Shown here: positions 8,998 to 16,027 of the stretch, piece by piece
Layout of the letters: each line of letters opens with the position of its first letter
Position numbering within the stretch: position 1 is the stretch's first letter
Made by a program: the position numbers and the translations under genes
From: Sulfolobales archaeon
GTDB taxonomy: Archaea > Thermoproteota > Thermoprotei_A > Sulfolobales > NBVN01
Length of the DNA: 26,456 nucleotides
Direction of reading: 5' to 3'
Assembly: GCA_038841535.1 (NCBI GenBank)
Contig: JAWBTQ010000013.1
Coordinates: 1 to 26,456 of the forward strand
The notes under the pieces: generated by a model
The model's input: the letters and a program-made list of their open reading frames with translations, nothing else
Database searches by the model: none
Told to the model about the DNA's origin: nothing

Positions 8998-10818
8998 GTG
9001 TGCGGCATTATAGCGATAGCAACTAGTAAGAGGAGGGAAGACCTAGGCTCCATTTTAACGGAAGCACTGAGGAGGCTGGAGTACAGAGGATACGACTCAG
9101 TAGGCATAGCTGTCATAAACGGTTGCGATCTCTATATAGCTAGGAACGTGGGAACAATCGACTCTGTAGCTAAGTCCGAAGACTTCAAGACTTTTTCCGG
9201 CAGCGTCGGCATAGGTCACACCAGGTGGGCAACACACGGAGCACCAACCAAAGAGAACGCCCACCCACACGTAGACTGCAGGAAGAAGATAGCTGTTGTA
9301 CATAACGGAATAATAGAGAACTATGCCGAGCTTCGAGAAATGCTTAAGAGCAGGGGTCACACGTTTACTAGTGATACCGACACAGAAGTCATACCTCACC
9401 TTATAGAAGAAGTCAAGTCGAGCGGTTTAGATACTTACTCAGCGTTTAAGAAAGCCGTGTCGATGCTTAGAGGAACTTTCGCTATTGTAGCTATAGACAG
9501 CGACGATGCTAGAAAGATATTCTTTGCGAGAAGAGTGTCTCCACTAATAATAGGCATAAGTAGTGACACCGTTCTTGCCTCTAGTGATATCGTGAGCATA
9601 CTCCCATTCACTAAGAACGTGATAGTGTTAAACGATGACGAAGTGGGTTTTGCTGAGCCTAGCAAAGTGTTTATAGAGGTAATTGATGGCGCTCCAGTAG
9701 ATATAGCTAGCAGAGTGCTAAGCGTTGAGTACAGCATAGAGGATTTCAGCAAGGGATCCTACGAGCACTATATGCTTAAAGAAATTCGCGAGCAACCCTA
9801 CACGCTATCTCAGACGCTCTCCGGTTTAGCTTCTGCTAAAGACGAAGTAGATAGGTCTATTAAGATCCTTAGGGACTCGAGCACTATATACTTAGTTGGA
9901 GCTGGTAGTTCGTATCATGCCTCACTAGCTGGTGCTCTTTACCTCAGGTACCATGGATTTAAGGCACACGCCGTAGTGGCCTCAGAGGCTAGCTTATATC
10001 TACGCGGAGTAAGAGCGGAAGATGCTGTATTAGCAGTAAGTCAGTCTGGAGAAACTATAGACACTCTACTAGCAGTTAGAGAATCTAAAAAGAGGGGTGC
10101 TAGAGTTATAGCAATAGTGAACAACCCACTCTCAACTATAGCTCGAGAGGCCGATACGCACATCTACATGAGGTCCGGACCCGAGATATGTGTCGCAGCA
10201 ACTAAGACATTCACGTCTCAAGTCACAACACTCTTGTATCTAGGTTTGACTCTAGCGGGAGATAGCTCGCATACGTCGAAAACACTAGAAACTCTTAAGA
10301 AGCTACCCTATATTGCGGCTTCTATCATTGAGTCTACGGAGGAAAAAGCGAAGGTTTTAGCTAAGAGAATGTCGACAGCACAATCAGCTTACTACCTGGG
10401 AAGAGCCTTCGGATACCCTATCTCAGCTGAAGCAGCACTTAAGATAAAGGAGGTAGCATACGTACACGCTGAGGCTTATCCGGCCGGTGAGTCTAAGCAT
10501 GGACCAATATCGCTAGTAGTTCACGGATTCCCAGTCGTGTTTACGGTTATCGGAGAGCTAGATGAGCTAGTAGAAGGCAATATCGAGGAGATGAAGTCTA
10601 GAGGGGCGTACGTAGTGACAGTCCTTCCGGTAGATAGAGTAACTCCAGCAATAGCGAGTAACAGCGATGAAATCATACTGCTACCTAGGGTATCATTAGA
10701 AGTATCTCTAGTAACCTACGTAATACCCCACCAGCTACTAGCTTACTATACAGCACTCGAACGAGGGTTCAACCCAGACAAACCTAGGAATCTAGCGAAA
10801 ACCGTTACAGTATTTTAA
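8998..10818 (+). CDS. glmS: Glutamine--fructose-6-phosphate transaminase (isomerizing)
   Basis: True start is GTG 8998, giving M-CGII with the N-terminal catalytic Cys; LEYRGYDS, GHTRWATHG, HNGIIEN, SQSGET, KHGP, KPRNLAK; TATA TTTAAAAA at 8955-8962. Confidence 0.97.
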   Translation: MCGIIAIATSKRREDLGSILTEALRRLEYRGYDSVGIAVINGCDLYIARNVGTIDSVAKSEDFKTFSGSVGIGHTRWATHGAPTKENAHPHVDCRKKIAVVHNGIIENYAELREMLKSRGHTFTSDTDTEVIPHLIEEVKSSGLDTYSAFKKAVSMLRGTFAIVAIDSDDARKIFFARRVSPLIIGISSDTVLASSDIVSILPFTKNVIVLNDDEVGFAEPSKVFIEVIDGAPVDIASRVLSVEYSIEDFSKGSYEHYMLKEIREQPYTLSQTLSGLASAKDEVDRSIKILRDSSTIYLVGAGSSYHASLAGALYLRYHGFKAHAVVASEASLYLRGVRAEDAVLAVSQSGETIDTLLAVRESKKRGARVIAIVNNPLSTIAREADTHIYMRSGPEICVAATKTFTSQVTTLLYLGLTLAGDSSHTSKTLETLKKLPYIAASIIESTEEKAKVLAKRMSTAQSAYYLGRAFGYPISAEAALKIKEVAYVHAEAYPAGESKHGPISLVVHGFPVVFTVIGELDELVEGNIEEMKSRGAYVVTVLPVDRVTPAIASNSDEIILLPRVSLEVSLVTYVIPHQLLAYYTALERGFNPDKPRNLAKTVTVF

Positions 10819-10822
10819 AACC

Positions 10823-11239
10823 CTATACCCCGTGAACCTGCACGATTACCGTTCTTCTGCGAGGACCATCAAACTCTAGAAGAAGCACTTCCTGCCACGT
10901 CCCCCTAGCTACTCTTCCATCGATTACCGGTAGCACCCTGGATTGACCGATTACTAGAGAAGCTATGTGGGCGTGAGCGTTGTCATCTATCTCATCATGC
11001 CTCCAACCAGCTCTAGGTGGAATCGCCCTCTTTATCCAAGAGAGATAGTCCTCTACTACTCTCGGCTCATACTCGTTAACGGCTATAGCAGCCGTAGCGT
11101 GAGGAACGAAGATCAGGACATACCCGCTTCTAATGCCAGATTCGAGAACAGAGTCTTCGACAATCCTCGTTATTTTAACTACTTCAAACTTATTTCTTGA
11201 TTCAACAGAGTACGTTTTCGAGTACACTCGATAGCTCAC
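10823..11239 (-). CDS. yjbQ: YjbQ/UPF0047 family protein
   Basis: PHATAAIAVNE, HD..DDNAHAHI, GTWQ and EFDGPRRR motifs. Confidence 0.93.
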   Translation of the reverse strand: MSYRVYSKTYSVESRNKFEVVKITRIVEDSVLESGIRSGYVLIFVPHATAAIAVNEYEPRVVEDYLSWIKRAIPPRAGWRHDEIDDNAHAHIASLVIGQSRVLPVIDGRVARGTWQEVLLLEFDGPRRRTVIVQVHGV

Positions 11240-11548
11240 ACCTAACCCAGGAATACCTTAAGCGAGATATTTAACTGTCTCATTTACAGTGCGAGTAGTA
11301 GGTAGAGACAGCGCGGACTCCTCCCAAGACCATCCCCAGATTGGCGGGAGAAACTCAAGAGGTAGGACCCTAGTGTGGACAAAGACAGCTCAAAAGTCTA
11401 ATTAAAGAGTTATTGCTATAATACACCTTGAGCTTAGTACTGTCAATACGCAGAACTCTTCGTAATATTTTATAGGGTTTGGGGACGCTATTTAGTTCAT
11501 TGGCTATTTAGTTTGGCGTGCTTATTAGAAAGAAGTGTGGTTAGGACT

Positions 11549-12070
11549 ATGAGCTACATTAACGAACCTTATGCTGTATTAAGAGAGGACTCTCAACACC
11601 GCCCGCTAGACCTAGAGTATTTAGACGGCGTCATATCGGGAATAGTATTCATTAACTCGATGCTAAGTGTAGTTAATTCTCTCGGATATTATAAGCATTC
11701 AGAAGAGCTCGTGGAGATCCTTAAGGAGTATGTCGGAGAACTCGTTGAGGCTCTATCTATTGAGGGAACTTACGTGCCTGGTTTTGCTTCTCTTTTAGCT
11801 ACGAAGGTGAGGAAGAGTCTTTGGGAACTAGACACACCTGATAGTGCTCTCATGGAGTTCTTAAACATGTTAGTTGGCTATAGGATCGAACTCACTAGAG
11901 GGAACCTAGGAGTAGAAGACTCGAAAGAGCTGCTTAAGTCCGTATGCTACTACTTACACATAACCTCGTGTGAGGAAATAGAGCAGTACTTGCATCCATT
12001 AACTCCTCCACTAGCGCTTCAAGCAGCTCTAACAAGTCTTGCTATATCTGTTGGGGGAATAGGTGTCTAA
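11549..12070 (+). CDS. Hypothetical, predicted helical protein
   Basis: Open frame 11513-12070 with the ATG at 11549 preferred; the stop overlaps the start of the downstream zinc-finger gene. Confidence 0.75.
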   Translation: MSYINEPYAVLREDSQHRPLDLEYLDGVISGIVFINSMLSVVNSLGYYKHSEELVEILKEYVGELVEALSIEGTYVPGFASLLATKVRKSLWELDTPDSALMEFLNMLVGYRIELTRGNLGVEDSKELLKSVCYYLHITSCEEIEQYLHPLTPPLALQAALTSLAISVGGIGV

Positions 12071-12392
12071 GTTGGCGATATACGATACAGACATTCTCTC
12101 TGAAAAGCTTATTGACGTAGTGATTAGGGTAGCAGTAGGATTCAAGGTCCGCAACTTCAAGTTAAAAGCTACCTCTTCAAGTTTTGAGGAAGCCGTATCT
12201 AAAGCCATAGAATACTCATCAAAACATATCGTGCGAGTACTCAATAAGCAGTTTTACTGTAACCTGTGTGGAAAAGGCCCCTATACCCGTAAAGGAATGT
12301 ACTTGCACCTCTTGAGAATGCATAAGTACGAAATCAAAAACATAGTAAGAGATGAACTAAAAGAAATAGAGTCCTCTACAGATACTAACTAA
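12063..12392 (+). CDS. C2H2 zinc-finger protein
   Basis: FYCNLCGKGPYTRKGMYLHLLRMH = C-x2-C-x12-H-x4-H. Confidence 0.85.
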   Translation: MSKLAIYDTDILSEKLIDVVIRVAVGFKVRNFKLKATSSSFEEAVSKAIEYSSKHIVRVLNKQFYCNLCGKGPYTRKGMYLHLLRMHKYEIKNIVRDELKEIESSTDTN

Positions 12393-12681
12393 GAAGCGCG
12401 GCCTCGAGATCGAGTCTTGTAAGCAAGCAGAGAGCTATTGCTAAGAGCACGTGTTTTACTCGCCCTAATGCCCGGTTCTATCTGTTGCTGCTCTCTTTAT
12501 CTTAGAGAGTATGGCCAGCTCACTACTTATGTCGCTATTAGCTACGGAACTCACCTAAGAGACCACTCACCAAGACGAAATACTGAGCTAAGTACGGCAA
12601 ACACTCCTAAGCAGACATGAAAGAGCAAGTTCGAAAGGCATTCCCTTGCCTGCATAACCTCTAAAAGCTGTGCGGGTCTGC

Positions 12682-12806
12682 GGCGGATCCCAACTTGAGG
12701 GGGCTGCGAGGCCTCGCGGACCTCACTGCCCCCCCAACGCGGCCGGCTTAACTTCCGGGATCTGACGAGTCCGGGTGTTTCCCGACCGCTATGGTCGGGA
12801 TCCGCC
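12682..12806 (-). rRNA. rrf: 5S ribosomal RNA, unlinked from 16S/23S
   Basis: Minus strand GGCGGATCCCGACCATAGCGGTCGGGAAACACCCGG..CCCGGAAGTTAAGCCGGCCGCGTT..GTTGGGATCCGCC; the termini form a 13-bp helix I. Confidence 0.97.
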
Positions 12807-12827
12807 AAACACTTATTTAGTGCCAAA

Positions 12828-12840
12828 TTTTTAAGCTTTA
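12828..12840 (-). promoter_or_regulatory. BRE/TATA promoter of 5S rRNA
   Basis: TAAAGC-TTAAAAA, with the TATA element 22-28 nt upstream of the 5S 5' end. Confidence 0.7.
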
Positions 12841-12872
12841 CATGAATATGCTGGCTGCGAAGCCTAATGCAA

Positions 12873-13060
12873 CTGCTTCGGGTTTCACGTCTTTTCATAT
12901 TGGTTGATGTATATGGAAACGTTGCTCAAGATGTGGGGTGCCCGGGGTCGCCTCGGACGCCCCTAAGGGTGGTGCAGACCCAAGACCGATGCGGGGGGAA
13001 AGTGAGGCAATGAAATCGACAAATACAAACCAACACAGGAGCTGAACCCCTTCGAGAACC
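12873..13060 (+). mobile_element. Short non-autonomous IS607-like element retaining the tnpB 3' end (omegaRNA region)
   Basis: 12926-13045 reads SRCGVPGVASDAPKGGADPRPMRGESEAMKSTNTNQHRS*, resembling recalled Thermoprotei TnpB C-termini. The ends are imperfectly inverted (GGGTTTCA..TTGGTT vs AACCAA..TGAACCCC). Confidence 0.6.
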
Positions 13061-13271
13061 TCACCGCAGAGTGTGCGAGTTCTTGTAGCTCTCAGCTATA
13101 GCCAAAAACTATTCTCTATATTAAAAGCGACAGAACTAGTGACAGCGGTCTGGGAATAGCGATAGCTCTTGAGGTATGGATATGGGAGTCATCGGGAGTT
13201 TTAGCTGGGATTAGTAGGATACGTGCGGCTTTATAAGATACTACAGTGTTTATAGAGTTTTTCTGGTGAAA

Positions 13272-14183
13272 ATGACTAAGCTAAATCTTCCTCCACCTAG
13301 TTGCCGTGAGAATTGCGACGTTGACCTTGCTGCTGAGGAGTTCTTAGCAAACCTTGAAGCGTCTGGAGCCTCGCAGAGTACCGTTAAAGCGCATAGATAC
13401 GCTATTAAGGACTTCATCGAGCATGTTGGCAAGAAATTCGCAAACGAACTAACTCCACAGGATTTTACATCTTGGAGGATTAAGCGCTTAAAGGAGGGAT
13501 TCAAGTACAGTAAGGGCAGTAAGGAGTCAAGTAGCTGGACTCTATACTACTACTCTCTCTACGTGAGGTCGTTCCTAGCGTGGTTAGGGGTTCTTAAGGA
13601 ACCCCTTCCTTCAGTCAGTAAACCTCGGAGGAGAAGACTGCATACTACACTAACTCGTGACGAAGTAAAGAAGCTTGTAGGTGCATCAAGAGACGTTATT
13701 GACGTACTGATAGTGTCCCTTCTACTGGAAACCGGTCTGAGAGCTAGAGAAGCCCTATCCCTAAGGAAGTCAGATGTCGACCTCGATAAGAGGGAGATCA
13801 GAGTACTTAACGCTAAGTTTGGTGAGAGTAGGATAGTCTTCGTAGGTCCACTCACGTATGAAGTTCTATCGAGGTACCTGCCTCTACTAAGAGATGATGA
13901 TAGAGTGCTCCAGCTATCGTACACAGGTCTATATAAGAGATTAAAGAGTCTAGCTACGAGAGCAGGAGTAGATGTGAGGAAGGTCAGACCACACGTTTTT
14001 AGGCACACCTTCGCTACAGACTCTATAAGGCGGGGCATAACACTTCCAGCTCTACAGCTTCTCCTCGGCCATAAAGACATAAAGACTACTCAGATATACC
14101 TCCACTTGGCGGTAGAAGACATCAAGAACATGTACTTCAAAGTGTTCTACAGCAACCAAACATCCCAGGAGTCAACTGCGTAG
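13272..14183 (+). CDS. xerA: Tyrosine recombinase, XerA-like
   Basis: N-terminal core-binding domain (GASQSTVKAHRYAI) and catalytic ETGLR, AK, HVFRH, LGH..TTQIY; GGTGA precedes ATG 13272 (alternative GTG 13266). Confidence 0.88.
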   Translation: MTKLNLPPPSCRENCDVDLAAEEFLANLEASGASQSTVKAHRYAIKDFIEHVGKKFANELTPQDFTSWRIKRLKEGFKYSKGSKESSSWTLYYYSLYVRSFLAWLGVLKEPLPSVSKPRRRRLHTTLTRDEVKKLVGASRDVIDVLIVSLLLETGLRAREALSLRKSDVDLDKREIRVLNAKFGESRIVFVGPLTYEVLSRYLPLLRDDDRVLQLSYTGLYKRLKSLATRAGVDVRKVRPHVFRHTFATDSIRRGITLPALQLLLGHKDIKTTQIYLHLAVEDIKNMYFKVFYSNQTSQESTA

Positions 14184-14220
14184 CGAGCATGGGTAGCGCA
14201 TGAAAAGCCCACACAGCATT

Positions 14221-14250
14221 TAAGCCCGCAGCTCAAATACACCGGGCTTA
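14221..14250. terminator. Inverted repeat between xerA and the convergent sRNA
   Basis: TAAGCCCG-N14-CGGGCTTA perfect 8-bp stem. Confidence 0.3.
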
Positions 14251-14257
14251 TGTCTAT

Positions 14258-14308
14258 AGTCAGTGTTTGCACCCCATATCATCAACTCAGCACTCTCTAT
14301 CATCACTC
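14258..14308 (-). ncRNA. Box C/D guide sRNA
   Basis: Minus strand A-GTGATGA (C) TAGAGAGTG CTGA (D') G TTGATGA (C') TATGGGGTGCAAACA CTGA (D) CT. All four boxes are near-perfect, with a TATA-like TATTATTAA about 25-33 nt upstream. Confidence 0.85.
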
Positions 14309-14440
14309 CGTACTATCCGATCCGGCGCGGGTTAATAATAGATATGAACGCTGCTTCCACTAGTGTTTAACGGCTTAGTGTTCATGTCCGAAGCTTAGTT
14401 CAGAGTAAACTTATATTGCTTCCAATAAGGTTTCATTGGT

Positions 14441-15421
14441 GTGAGCTTGCCTAAAGTTCTAGCTATATCAGGGAGAGAGCTCGAAGAACTTCTTAAACCC
14501 GAGGTCTTAGTAAGTGAGATAGAGAAGGCATTCGCCCTATACTCGAGCGGGTCTACGGTAACTCCACCCAGAACTGTGATGTGGGTTGAAGGTAATTGGT
14601 GGGGTATAATGCAGTCGTACGTACCGAATTATGGTGTTGGTGTTAAAGTAGTAAATGTTATTCCATCTAATGTCGAGAGAGGGTTACCTACGATACAAGC
14701 CATCGTTACTTTGTTCGACCCATTAACTGGCACACCCCTAGCTGTAATCGAGGGTGGAGTGCTTACAGCTCTTAGAACCGCTGCTGCGAGTGCTGTTTCA
14801 GCTAAGTACATGGCCCCTGAAGCTAGGGGACCGATAGCGATCATAGGAACTGGTTATCAAGCTAGATACCAGATCGTCTTCGTCTCGCACTTCTATAGAA
14901 CCAGTGAAGTCAGGATCTACGACATACGAGAGGAGGCAGCAGAAAACTTTAGAAAGTACGCTGAAAAACTTGGATTTAGAGTTGCGGTTTGCCGTAGTGC
15001 TCGAGAAGCTATTGAAGGAGCTAACTTAGTAATCGAGGCCTCAACAACTAGAATACCGGTAATCGAGGGAGAACACCTGAGACCACCTGCTCACGTGATA
15101 TCGATAGGGGCTCACGTAAGAGACGCTAGGGCTCTAGACGATGAAGTCATTAAGAGGGCAGAAGTCATAGTAGTTGATTCTAGAGAAGCAGTAATGTTGG
15201 AAACAGGAGACATAAGGATACCGATCGAAGCGGGAATACTGAGTAAAGAGAGAATTTGCGAGCTTGGCGAAGTTGCTTCAGGTAGGAGGCCTGGCAGAAT
15301 AACTAAAGAGGGAATTACCGTGTTCAAAAGCGTTGGATTAGCTATTCAGGATGCCGCAGCGGCTGCTGTAGCCTACAGACTAGCTCTAGAGAAGGGTTTG
15401 GGCAAGTTTATCGAGCTTTAA
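14441..15421 (+). CDS. Ornithine cyclodeaminase/mu-crystallin family enzyme, possibly archaeal alanine dehydrogenase
   Basis: GVKVVNV.P.N, LTALRTAAASA, Rossmann IIGTGYQA, VVDS..ETGD, FKSVGLAIQD. Confidence 0.9.
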   Translation: MSLPKVLAISGRELEELLKPEVLVSEIEKAFALYSSGSTVTPPRTVMWVEGNWWGIMQSYVPNYGVGVKVVNVIPSNVERGLPTIQAIVTLFDPLTGTPLAVIEGGVLTALRTAAASAVSAKYMAPEARGPIAIIGTGYQARYQIVFVSHFYRTSEVRIYDIREEAAENFRKYAEKLGFRVAVCRSAREAIEGANLVIEASTTRIPVIEGEHLRPPAHVISIGAHVRDARALDDEVIKRAEVIVVDSREAVMLETGDIRIPIEAGILSKERICELGEVASGRRPGRITKEGITVFKSVGLAIQDAAAAAVAYRLALEKGLGKFIEL

Positions 15422-15435
15422 TCGCGCTTCTAGCT

Positions 15436-15924
15436 CTAAATTAAGAACATCTTTTTCAATATCTCTAACCCCAGAACAACTGAAGTATAAACTATAAGCG
15501 ACGCTATAATCACTCCGACTTCTATCGCTAATAAAGACCTTGTCTTCGAAAGTCCCAGTAGGTAGGCTATCAAGGACCCCGTCCACGCTCCTGTAGCCGG
15601 TAGTGGAATAGCCACGAATATAGTTAAGCCTAGAAGACCGTACCTTTCAACGCTCCTCGATCTCCTGCGGGCTAGCCCGAGGGCTCTCTCATACACTTCT
15701 CCGAGTACTCTACAATGCTTAATTATCGTTCTCTCCAAGTAACCTAGTGCGTACAAGACCGCGGGTGCTATAGCGAGGTTTCCTATTACCGAGATGATGG
15801 AGGCCAATACAAACTCGTTGTCGCTAGGCAGAAGAACGCGTGCTAGAGGTATAGCTCCTCTGACTTCACTTACTGGTGCCATACTAGTGACGAACACTAT
15901 AATGTACTTAATAGCGTCCCCCAT
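15436..15924 (-). CDS. COG2426 / small multidrug export family membrane protein
   Basis: PVSEVRGAIP and FVAIPLPATGAWTG signature motifs. Confidence 0.9.
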   Translation of the reverse strand: MGDAIKYIIVFVTSMAPVSEVRGAIPLARVLLPSDNEFVLASIISVIGNLAIAPAVLYALGYLERTIIKHCRVLGEVYERALGLARRRSRSVERYGLLGLTIFVAIPLPATGAWTGSLIAYLLGLSKTRSLLAIEVGVIIASLIVYTSVVLGLEILKKMFLI

Positions 15925-16027
15925 TCTCTTTCCTAAACCTTTTGCTTACTAGCTAATTAAGTATCTAGCTCAGCTAGCGTTTCTAACCTCCTATTAGCTT
16001 TATAGGCTGTAAGCTAGAAAGTCTTAG

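Noticed and set aside
5577-11417. Shared GTTATTGCT upstream of both uncharacterised two-gene units
   Set aside because: Only 9 nt, at different distances from the TATA boxes; not distinguishable from chance
12551-12898. 115-aa minus-strand ORF
   Set aside because: Reads through the 5S rRNA gene and its promoter; spurious
13272-14183. xerA as the integrase of a provirus or island
   Set aside because: No tRNA att site, direct repeats or viral/plasmid genes nearby; it has ordinary chromosomal XerA architecture, and I saw no convincing 11-6-11 dif-like site
6960-14355. 13-nt direct repeat TATGAACGCTGCT near 6960 and near 14343
   Set aside because: Several 13-mer matches are expected by chance in 26 kb, and the flanks diverge
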